Shown here one piece after another: positions 56,743 through 64,000 of a DNA stretch of 64,000 bases. The stretch is from Bacteroidales bacterium (GTDB lineage: Bacteria > Bacteroidota > Bacteroidia > Bacteroidales > VadinHA17), in assembly GCA_035530535.1 (NCBI GenBank), contig DATKUS010000156.1, forward strand, positions 188-64,187, given 5' to 3'. Each line of letters opens with the position of its first letter. The first letter of the stretch is position 1. The notes under the pieces were generated by a model that saw only the letters and a list, made by a program, of their open reading frames with translations, was not told the origin of the DNA and made no database searches. The position numbers and the translations under genes are program-made.

Positions 56743-59352
56743 CTATCGTTTCTTCTTAAACAACTGTTTCAGAGGGCTTTCTGTTACAATCTCAAGAGAT
56801 GTATCCGGGCGGGCTGTTTGCTCTTTACCCTCTTCCCATGTGATGGAAAATTTGGGCTTGTTTTCGATTACGGTTTTTCTCACGGTATCGCCTTTGTACC
56901 ATCCGTACTCCTCGTTCAGTATGCTTTTGAGGGACCGCTTCTCCTCAGCTATGTTCGCCTTGATCTCATCCTGAGCCTGCCCCATGTCATAACCCACGGT
57001 GACCAATCCTTTTTCGCATACAATTTTAAGAGGGATGGTTGCTTTACCGGAACCGTCAACATTAACCTGTTCAAACGCTGCAACATTGCGGTTCTTGTCT
57101 CTTGCCTGCCGGCTCAATACCTCTGAGAGGAGTACCCTGACATGATATGAATAGTCGCCCATAAAAGCATGGCTTCCATAGGCTGTGAAGTTTCCGGCTG
57201 AGGAGTTAATAAGCATTTTCGGCACTGAAACCGTGCTGTTCCTGATGAATATGTCATTTTCAAGTTTTGAAAAACCAATGTCTTTCATCTCATCTATATC
57301 AAGGAACCTTGACAAGTTCTGGGTCGGACTGAATTCAATCAGCCGTCCGTTCAAAATTAACAAATGGGCTTCTGCCACCAGGGCATTGGTGGTAATGTCG
57401 AAATTGTCATTCAGCGGAGTGAGGATTGTTACATTACCTGTAAGACGCCCACGGAGGTTTTCACTTACGATGAACCCCTGCCCGAAATTATTGAATGACC
57501 TGAATGCATCATTAATGTCAATATCAGTCACTTCGAGTTTTGCCATGGAGAGGTAAGAGCCATTATTCTGTTTGCCTATAAGCAGCTCGCCGGAAAGGTC
57601 TCCTCCAAGACCCATGGCACTGATATTGCTGAAGGTCATGACATATGGGCGGTATGTCAGATTGCTCCTGAAATTTGACGCTGTAAATCCTTTGCTGAAA
57701 ATGCTGTCCGCGGTAAGTCTCACGGCCATCAACACGTTGCGGGGGAAAATATTAAAGCCTCCTTTTTCGCTGCTTGTCGTGTCGTTCTCACTCCCGGTGA
57801 ACAGGGTTGTTATGAATCTGTCTGTATGGATATCCCCCGTTATATTCATTGTTTCAGGTCTTCCGGCGAGCCAGGCAATAAAATTCTGCATCTCCGTACT
57901 GACAGAAAAGTTTTGTCCCTTATAGGAAAACTTAAGATTATCAGTGTTCAGATGTTCTTTTATAATGACAGATCCATTGACATTTGAGAAAGACATGCCT
58001 TTTGTTCCCAGGCCAGCGCCGAATTCGCTGAAGTTAAATTTAGCTTCAGGATGAAGCGCAGGGAGGTCAGAGGCAGAGAATCTTGCATTGTCAGGAAGAG
58101 TTCCCGAAAGTTTAATGCTCCCCTTAACGGACCCTTCCTGACCTTTTAAGAAGTCTGTTTTAATAAGCTTCTTCAGATCGTCAAAAATCAGGTCACCCGA
58201 AAGTGAGAGGTGAATTTCGGGCTTCATAAGATTCCGGAGTCTGAATGATCCGGTAAAATAAGCCTGGCCGAATGAAGTGGTGAGAGTGTCAACTGCAAAA
58301 ACAAATGTCCGCGAATCATTCAGCTTACCGTTGGTCATGCTGCCGCTGAATGAAAGGTTGTTTACATTAAGCCCGGGAGTAAGATTGCTCAGCCGGCCGC
58401 GCGACAGGCTATATTTGACGTCAAAATGCGGGGATCCTTTCTTCCCGTATGCCCCCGTCAGGATGCAGGTCAGGTCAATGAGTCCGTCAGGATTGAGCCC
58501 CGCAGTTTCTTTCTTCCATTTTTCCGGAAGCCTGGCAACAAGGTCTGAGATATTTATCTTCCTTCCTTCAATTGACATGTCGAGAGTCCCTGAGCTGTAA
58601 TTTACAGTACCATCAACTCCGAAGTTAAGCCCTGCAAGATCAATTGCACCCCGTGCAATTGACAGGGAATTGTCAGTTTTACGAAGTCTTATTATAGCTT
58701 TAGCAGGAATATTATAGATGGTCTTCCCTAAAATGTCAAGTGATGAAATGCCGGAAGTGAGAGAAATGGTCAGAAAAATACCGCTTCCGAGGATCTCGCC
58801 GCTAAGGTTGGATTCTTCAATTATGCCTGCAATTCTCAGTTTTGACTCCTTGTCAGAATAGACGGTCTTTATGTTCCTGGCTGTTATACTGTTGAGTTTC
58901 AGGTTCTTTCCACCACCTTTTTCTTCAGGAGAAAATAGCTCATAGTTTATTTTACCCCGGTCATCGGTCAGTACGTACAGTTTTCCGTCCCTGGCAGTGA
59001 TGCTTCTTACGGCTATTGTACCGGTCAGGAGCGACGGGAGGTGAACTGCCAGGGAAAGCGATGATGCATACAGAAGGGTGTCATTGCCTTCGCCGTCAAA
59101 CTGTGATCTGTCATAGTCAGGAGAAGGTGAGATAAGAAGCTCATTGAACCTGACCGTGATACTGGGGAAAGACTCAAAAATTGTGACATTTATGCTTCCG
59201 TAAGATATTTTTGTGTTTAAGGTCTTGTTGAATTTTTCAATGAGGTCAGCAGCCAGCTGGTCGCGTCTCAGCAGGGCATAGATGCCCGGTACGGCAACAG
59301 AGAGGGAAAAGAGAATAAAAATTATCAGGACTATCTTACGGGAAAGTTTCAT
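56743..59352 (-). CDS. AsmA family / TamB-like large envelope protein
   Basis: 869 aa with a single N-terminal TM anchor, then long beta-rich repetitive sequence typical of AsmA-like proteins. The call rests on architecture only. Confidence 0.55.
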   Translation of the reverse strand: MKLSRKIVLIIFILFSLSVAVPGIYALLRRDQLAADLIEKFNKTLNTKISYGSINVTIFESFPSITVRFNELLISPSPDYDRSQFDGEGNDTLLYASSLSLAVHLPSLLTGTIAVRSITARDGKLYVLTDDRGKINYELFSPEEKGGGKNLKLNSITARNIKTVYSDKESKLRIAGIIEESNLSGEILGSGIFLTISLTSGISSLDILGKTIYNIPAKAIIRLRKTDNSLSIARGAIDLAGLNFGVDGTVNYSSGTLDMSIEGRKINISDLVARLPEKWKKETAGLNPDGLIDLTCILTGAYGKKGSPHFDVKYSLSRGRLSNLTPGLNVNNLSFSGSMTNGKLNDSRTFVFAVDTLTTSFGQAYFTGSFRLRNLMKPEIHLSLSGDLIFDDLKKLIKTDFLKGQEGSVKGSIKLSGTLPDNARFSASDLPALHPEAKFNFSEFGAGLGTKGMSFSNVNGSVIIKEHLNTDNLKFSYKGQNFSVSTEMQNFIAWLAGRPETMNITGDIHTDRFITTLFTGSENDTTSSEKGGFNIFPRNVLMAVRLTADSIFSKGFTASNFRSNLTYRPYVMTFSNISAMGLGGDLSGELLIGKQNNGSYLSMAKLEVTDIDINDAFRSFNNFGQGFIVSENLRGRLTGNVTILTPLNDNFDITTNALVAEAHLLILNGRLIEFSPTQNLSRFLDIDEMKDIGFSKLENDIFIRNSTVSVPKMLINSSAGNFTAYGSHAFMGDYSYHVRVLLSEVLSRQARDKNRNVAAFEQVNVDGSGKATIPLKIVCEKGLVTVGYDMGQAQDEIKANIAEEKRSLKSILNEEYGWYKGDTVRKTVIENKPKFSITWEEGKEQTARPDTSLEIVTESPLKQLFKKKR

Positions 59353-59373
59353 TTTTCAAAAGACTGGCACATT

Positions 59374-60090
59374 TTATTTTTTCCGTGAAAGGAGGAATGA
59401 AAGATCTTCGCCGGGGCTTGCCTCGAATGGTTCGCTGCCCCTTGTAAAGATACGCGCTTTTCGGGGACCGATGAGTGAGAGTTTCTTACCCTCAACCAGG
59501 AACATGGTTCCCTCGCGCAACCCGGCGACAAAAATACCGGGGTTCACTTCGATGTACTCATGAATCCTTTGTTCACGTGTCTCCCCGGCGTGTCCTGCCG
59601 GGTTAGCATCGAGGTAATGAGGATTTATCTGGAAAGGAATAAGGTTAAACGCGCGGAAGGAGGAAGGCTCTGTCACGGGCATGTCATTGGTAGTCCGGAT
59701 AGTCGGACATGCAACATTTGATCCGGCGCTCCATCCGATATAGGGGGTTCCGGCCTTGACTTTTTTGCGCACAGGAGAGAACAGTTTATTGTCAATAAGG
59801 CATTTGGCAAGCATCCAGGTATTGCCGCCACCGACTACGATGGCTGTAGCTTCGTTCACAGCTTTCACCGGGTCGGCGAAACGGTGAATTGATATGACAT
59901 CATGTCCCACCTCCCTGAAACGTTCCTGCACTTTCTTCTCATAATCGTCATATGAGAAAGTTACAGCGGCATAGGGGATAAATAAAGCCTTAACTTTTTC
60001 CTTTCCCAGAAAATCCCTGATATTCTTCTTTGGATAATCAAGGTATGCCTCTCCGGCATTTGTTGAATTGCTGATAAGTAGTAATCTCAT
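59374..60090 (-). CDS. pepE: dipeptidase E (peptidase S51)
   Basis: MRLLLISNS start, GGGNT and GWSAGSNV (nucleophile Ser), and PHY motifs. The 16-codon N-terminal extension in the ORF track is unlikely to be real. Confidence 0.8.
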   Translation of the reverse strand: MRLLLISNSTNAGEAYLDYPKKNIRDFLGKEKVKALFIPYAAVTFSYDDYEKKVQERFREVGHDVISIHRFADPVKAVNEATAIVVGGGNTWMLAKCLIDNKLFSPVRKKVKAGTPYIGWSAGSNVACPTIRTTNDMPVTEPSSFRAFNLIPFQINPHYLDANPAGHAGETREQRIHEYIEVNPGIFVAGLREGTMFLVEGKKLSLIGPRKARIFTRGSEPFEASPGEDLSFLLSRKK

Positions 60091-60155
60091 GTCTGCGCGG
60101 TTTGTGGTTTTAGATACCTGCTGAAAGTCAGCGTTCACCGCGTGTAAAGATAATT

Positions 60156-60191
60156 AAAAAAAGAAAGGCCGCTCACTGGAAGAGCGGCCTT
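60156..60191 (-). terminator. rho-independent terminator of the beta-barrel gene
   Basis: On the minus strand, a 10-bp stem AAGGCCGCTC/GAGCGGCCTT (60165-60174 and 60182-60191) with a 7-nt loop, then TCTTTTTTT. Confidence 0.8.
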
Positions 60192-60212
60192 CATATAGCG
60201 GGAGAAAACAGG

Positions 60213-61196
60213 TCAGTCGTTGAATGTCAAAGCAATGCCTACTTCAAAAGGATATAGCTCCGGCGCTTTTCCCTTTTCAAACATTGGTGAGAGATAGCAT
60301 GTGCCGTACAACTGTATCATTTCATATCCAAGGCGGGCGGTAACGCCGTAACGCAGCAGGTTAAGGCTGAAATCATCACGGTTTTTTACTTTCTGTTTGC
60401 CATCTTCATAATAAACGACCCTGGTATGAGAACCCAGCTTGACAGCTCCTACTACTCCTGCCCCGATATTTATTGCACTACCGTGAGAGACAGGTATCTG
60501 GGCCTCAAGGATCACGGGTAAAACAGCATACACTGTTGCCAGTTTACTTTTTTCATAGTCGGCGGTCAGAGGATACTCAGGTATAATAACACCTTCAGCG
60601 TCAACTGAGATGCTATTATTTCTGTCAAACCTGTAATTGTTGAAATTTATGCCTAATGCCGTCACCAGCCCGAAGCGCCTTGTAATTCCCAGATTGACGC
60701 CAGGAGAAATAATGTTAAAAGCCTTTGACTTTGTAGAATTCAGGTTCAGGAAGCTGTTTTCCGGCTCCAGAGAAGTGGTCCGGAAGGCGGTAAGATAATT
60801 GTTATAACCCAGCTCCAGTCCCCCGAGGTGCCCCTTGAAACTGCTGCTGCGGTGTGACATACGGCTGTTATCAGGGAACTCTTCAGCATCAGTCTCGTCA
60901 TCTTCATCATTTATCCTTGCACCTCTGTGCCCTAACTTAATGATAGTCTCATTGCCGGTATCTTCGATGACCACAACGTCATTGCCGATTCTGAACACGG
61001 CAGTGTCATCAGCTATTGTCTCTTGGTCCGCAATCATGATATCCTCCTCTTCAAGCACCAGGGTGTCAGGCAGATTTGCCAGCTCTGTCTGCTGTTCCAG
61101 ATTTTCAAGCTTTTTAAGTTTTTCCTGATTCTCCTGTCCGGCTGCCGGAAGCAACAGGATTGTTCCTGCAATTAAAAATGATATTATCCTCTTCAT
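60213..61196 (-). CDS. outer-membrane beta-barrel protein with an acidic N-terminal region
   Basis: Signal peptide, a D/E-rich segment (NDEDDETDAEEF), alternating-hydrophobic beta-strand pattern and a C-terminal ..ALTF-type terminus. Confidence 0.6.
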   Translation of the reverse strand: MKRIISFLIAGTILLLPAAGQENQEKLKKLENLEQQTELANLPDTLVLEEEDIMIADQETIADDTAVFRIGNDVVVIEDTGNETIIKLGHRGARINDEDDETDAEEFPDNSRMSHRSSSFKGHLGGLELGYNNYLTAFRTTSLEPENSFLNLNSTKSKAFNIISPGVNLGITRRFGLVTALGINFNNYRFDRNNSISVDAEGVIIPEYPLTADYEKSKLATVYAVLPVILEAQIPVSHGSAINIGAGVVGAVKLGSHTRVVYYEDGKQKVKNRDDFSLNLLRYGVTARLGYEMIQLYGTCYLSPMFEKGKAPELYPFEVGIALTFND

Positions 61197-61227
61197 ATCT
61201 GAAAGTTTAATTATGATTATATAGCTG

Positions 61228-61254
61228 AGACGAATTGATGCCGCTGAAAGTTAC
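61228..61254 (-). promoter_or_regulatory. ECF-type promoter GTAAC-N17-CGTCT upstream of the beta-barrel gene
   Basis: Minus strand: GTAAC (61254-61250), 17-nt spacer, CGTCT (61232-61228). The -10 lies 31 nt upstream of ATG 61196, and the -35 overlaps the anti-sigma stop codon. Confidence 0.55.
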
Positions 61255-62177
61255 GGCTCCTGAATACTTTTTTTAACCGGCGAGGAAAACGAGAGCAGTG
61301 ATGAACTGAAATTCAGGGAAATGGGTTTGCCCTCATCAGACAAAACCCTTTCAAATTCCATTTCCCACCCAAGAACAGTGTTGAGGCCTTTCACACATGC
61401 GCCGGCAATCAGATATCCGTTAACCGGCTTATCATCTTTTGTAATAATTTTTGAAAGGGCTGTGATGCCTTTCATTATCCAGTTTACATCAGCGGGATCA
61501 TTCAGGATTTCAGCAGGCATTTGATATTTTGTCATAGATATGAGCTCCGTTGTATTTAGGCCGCTAATAAACCTGACTGTCCCCGGATCACTGCTCACGG
61601 TAAGTGGCGTGGTGCGGGGGAATGATCTGCTCTCCATTTGAACAGGATCAGTGACATTTTGGGAGACAGGGATATTTTTTGTGTTCACGATTATCACTTT
61701 AGCATCAACGGGGAGAGCTGACGGAACAGGCTCCTTCATTGTTGCAGTTATTTCTGTCTCAGGCAGTATGACAGGACTGCTTTCTGTAATGGTCTTTTTT
61801 AGCAGGGGAGTGAGAGTGAAAAAGGCAAGAAACACAGCAGCTGAAGCCAGGGCAACATACATCACACGCTTAAAGATTATGACCATTTCGGTGGTTTTTA
61901 AACTGGCGTCTCGTCCATGCCATTTTTCATTGCCGGGAGTTAGTCGTATCCTTTTAAATTCCTCTGCCATTGCTTTTCTTTCAGGGTTGTCTGCAATGTG
62001 GGACTCAAATTCAAACAGGTGTTCATGATCCAGGCCACCATCAGCCCATGCGGCAGCCAGCAATGCAAACTGATCATCACTCATATCCTCAGGCCTCCTG
62101 AAGAGATTCTCCGGAGAGGGATATCTGTCATCAAAGGGAATAAGCCCCGGGATGTCATTCTCGTTTCTCATTGCCAT
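61251..62177 (-). CDS. putative anti-sigma factor (single-pass membrane protein)
   Basis: Overlaps the ECF sigma gene by 10 nt. Cytoplasmic N-terminal ~105 aa, one TM helix (VMYVALASAAVFLAFFTL), then a periplasmic C-terminal domain. No HxxxCxxC zinc motif. Confidence 0.55.
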   Translation of the reverse strand: MAMRNENDIPGLIPFDDRYPSPENLFRRPEDMSDDQFALLAAAWADGGLDHEHLFEFESHIADNPERKAMAEEFKRIRLTPGNEKWHGRDASLKTTEMVIIFKRVMYVALASAAVFLAFFTLTPLLKKTITESSPVILPETEITATMKEPVPSALPVDAKVIIVNTKNIPVSQNVTDPVQMESRSFPRTTPLTVSSDPGTVRFISGLNTTELISMTKYQMPAEILNDPADVNWIMKGITALSKIITKDDKPVNGYLIAGACVKGLNTVLGWEMEFERVLSDEGKPISLNFSSSLLSFSSPVKKSIQEP

Positions 62178-62653
62178 ACTGATGTTTTTACAAGATAATT
62201 GCGCATTGCAACACGACCCCTGAATATATGGATCTTTACCTGTGCCTCTGAAAGCCCTGTAATGGATCCGATTTCTTTATAACTGTAGCCTTCATAGTCC
62301 CTCAGCAGAATTACCGAACGCTGTGCCGGTGGTAGTTTTTGTAGGGCATTGTGCAGCAATTCGTTAAGGTCACTTTTATTTTCCTCGGCAAACAGCGATG
62401 AATCATCATAGAATTCAACCGCAACCAGCCTCGAATCTTTGCGTATCACATCTATCATCCTGTTATATGCAGAGGTAAAGAGCCAGGCTTTTACAGAGTC
62501 ATATTCTATCTCAGTGACATTTCTCCAGAGCTTTTCATAGGTGTCCTGCACAATATCAGCGGCCCTTCCGCTGTCTTTAAGGCTGCGGTAAATGAACCTG
62601 TATATGTGATCGCCGTACTCTTTTACGGCCATGTTATACTCCTTGACTGTCAT
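62168..62653 (-). CDS. ECF (sigma-70 family group 4) RNA polymerase sigma factor
   Basis: 161 aa with region 2 (DIVQDTYEKLW..WLFTSAYNRMIDVIR) and region 4 (LPPAQRSVILLRDYEGYSYKEIGSITGLSEAQVK). Confidence 0.9.
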   Translation of the reverse strand: MTVKEYNMAVKEYGDHIYRFIYRSLKDSGRAADIVQDTYEKLWRNVTEIEYDSVKAWLFTSAYNRMIDVIRKDSRLVAVEFYDDSSLFAEENKSDLNELLHNALQKLPPAQRSVILLRDYEGYSYKEIGSITGLSEAQVKIHIFRGRVAMRNYLVKTSVWQ

Positions 62654-62675
62654 TAATCTGTCAGTGACAATATAA

Positions 62676-62702
62676 AGACGCTCCCGATCGCCCTTTTGTT
62701 AC
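62676..62702 (-). promoter_or_regulatory. ECF-type promoter GTAAC-N17-CGTCT upstream of the sigma gene (likely autoregulatory)
   Basis: Minus strand: GTAAC (62702-62698), 17-nt spacer, CGTCT (62680-62676). The -10 lies 22 nt upstream of ATG 62653. Confidence 0.55.
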
Positions 62703-62710
62703 ACTACTGC

Positions 62711-62739
62711 AAAAAAAGTCCCGCTCTTTCCGCGGGACT
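62711..62739 (-). terminator. rho-independent terminator of the GH16-like gene
   Basis: On the minus strand, an 8-bp stem AGTCCCGC/GCGGGACT with a 7-nt loop, then T7. Confidence 0.8.
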
Positions 62740-62761
62740 CAGGATAATATCCTTGTTCTTT

Positions 62762-64000
62762 TTATTTAAACTGATAGACCCTTATCCAGTCAACCTCCAT
62801 CGATGAGATACCTCCCACGGGCCGGTCAACGCCGCCTGCAAGGTTTATATACATCTCTTCCTGTGGCACCCCGGAGGTCTCCCTCATTACCTCTTCACCG
62901 TTTATTTTCCAGACAAGACTTTCCGGTCTCCATTCGAGAGAGAATATGAAAAAGCCAGAAAGGTACCTGGATCCTATATTTTTCTTATAGTGGTTTCCCG
63001 TTGGGGAGAACAGATCAAACCAGACCTTCCCGCTGCCTGAACGGCATACATCAATGTGCGGAGTTATCCGGTCGCCCAGAAGCCAGAATGCATTACGGAC
63101 AGCAGGATCAGAGAGATTTATCTTGGCAGTGAAAATTCCGTACTTCTGCCTGAATGAGACGCCGGAGTTAAGAAGTCCTGAAGTAAAGGCAAATTCCTTT
63201 GTAAAGAATCCCTTCTCTGGATCCCAGACTTTTCCGCTGATCTTTTGCGGCCTGGTAATAATACGCAGGACGCTGTGGCGTACTTCAAAATTCTCCGCAG
63301 GAGTATAGAACTGAAGATCAGTGGCAACACTGTAGCTGTCATGCAGCAGTTTATCTCCCCAGAAGTATTTGCTGAGCCACTTCTTCCTGTCAGGAGCGTC
63401 TCCATCAAACTCATCACTGAAGGTTAGCTCTCGCTTCTTCAGCAGATCAAATTTGCCGGAGTCCTTCACACTGAAGTACCACTTAATATCAGGAGAATTC
63501 TTTAGATCATTATATGCTGACAACTCCTTGTACATGTCTGTTTTCTCAAAGCGGCGCTTATCAAGGAAATATTCCTTCTTCTCTGTGAACTCTTTAGTCT
63601 TAAGATATTTCTCCAGTTCAAAGAATCTGTTCAGCCTCGCAGAATCTTTTACACTTACATAATTGCTGTATTCTTTTGATGCTTTGAATTTATAGTAGGA
63701 GACAACATCTCTTGCACTCTTTTTATCCTTATAATCAAGGAGTTTCTGATATTCGGGAGTATCCCTGAAGGTGACCGGCTTCTTGTTTTTTATTACGAGG
63801 AAAGCGGCTGAGGTGACAAACATTTTGAGTTCATCGAATCTTTTTACTTTATCAGGGTTCAGTTTTTTCTTCACTTCCCTGTCACCTTTGAGTTTTTTAT
63901 ATTCAAGGAATTTCCCGTATTCCTCAGTATTTTTAAATGTAACCGGCTTCATCCGCTCTTTCTGTCTGAATTCGGGCGACTGAATAAACCTCTCAAGATC
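62762..64000 (-). CDS. GH16-fold (concanavalin-like) domain protein with N-terminal tandem repeats; 5' end probably beyond the window
   Basis: The C-terminal ~210 aa carry GH16-like motifs (AFWLLG, SLEWRP..L.W.ING, VDWIRVY). The frame stays open through the 16 codons upstream of ATG 63952 (DLERFIQSPEFRQKER-MKPVTF) and continues the repeat pattern. Confidence 0.7.
   Translation of the reverse strand, partial: DLERFIQSPEFRQKERMKPVTFKNTEEYGKFLEYKKLKGDREVKKKLNPDKVKRFDELKMFVTSAAFLVIKNKKPVTFRDTPEYQKLLDYKDKKSARDVVSYYKFKASKEYSNYVSVKDSARLNRFFELEKYLKTKEFTEKKEYFLDKRRFEKTDMYKELSAYNDLKNSPDIKWYFSVKDSGKFDLLKKRELTFSDEFDGDAPDRKKWLSKYFWGDKLLHDSYSVATDLQFYTPAENFEVRHSVLRIITRPQKISGKVWDPEKGFFTKEFAFTSGLLNSGVSFRQKYGIFTAKINLSDPAVRNAFWLLGDRITPHIDVCRSGSGKVWFDLFSPTGNHYKKNIGSRYLSGFFIFSLEWRPESLVWKINGEEVMRETSGVPQEEMYINLAGGVDRPVGGISSMEVDWIRVYQFK

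Noticed and set aside
1-64000. oriC / DnaA-box cluster, given the parS sites and mnmG
   Set aside because: I found no TTATCCACA/TGTGGATAA-type boxes, exact or clustered, in the intergenic regions and no dnaA gene. The window may be origin-proximal but does not visibly contain oriC.
1-64000. CRISPR arrays, tRNA/rRNA genes, integrases, phage or known defence-system genes
   Set aside because: No regularly spaced direct repeats are present, no intergenic gap exceeds 450 bp, and none shows tRNA-like T-arm (GGTTCGAATCC-type) sequences. No ORF has recombinase, nuclease-helicase or restriction-modification-like motifs.

Overview
This is a 64-kb chromosomal segment that looks like Bacteroidota, probably Bacteroidales-like. 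Three things support that: a T9SS C-terminal sorting domain, exact TAnnTTTG -7 promoter elements 16-22 nt upstream of six start codons (54 nt for a seventh), and the neighbourhoods dut-TPR-DUF4292-M23 and DUF4271-hemD-rnpA. The window is densely packed with about 57 mostly housekeeping genes (ruvB, pheS, dut, ybeY, mnmG, ade, uvrC, polA, moaDE, rnpA, hemD, deoC, dtd, rsgA, mnmH and others). I found no rRNA, tRNA, CRISPR array or recognisable defence or phage module. All product calls come from motifs I recognised in the supplied translations; no database search was run. Main observations: (1) A cluster of parS-type ParB-binding sites, including a perfect 16-bp palindrome directly after mnmG, suggests an origin-proximal location. 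(2) An ECF sigma / anti-sigma / outer-membrane beta-barrel module carries two promoters of identical architecture (GTAAC-N17-CGTCT), and these are the only two such matches I found in the window. (3) A hybrid sensor kinase has Phe in place of the phospho-accepting His and a degenerate ATP lid, but an intact C-terminal receiver. (4) Two adjacent minus-strand genes, a YfcH-type epimerase and a C_GCAxxG_C_C protein, each retain both termini but have lost their middle with a frameshift. (5) A GH16-fold protein has both catalytic Glu residues substituted and carries tandem N-terminal repeats that run off the right edge. (6) A Crp/Fnr regulator sits next to a T9SS-targeted M6 metalloprotease and an M14 carboxypeptidase. 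(7) A PurF-like amidotransferase has Ser where the Cys1 nucleophile should be. I did not find a clearly new multi-gene system. The ECF module and the peptidase cassette are the best candidates for accessory biology.
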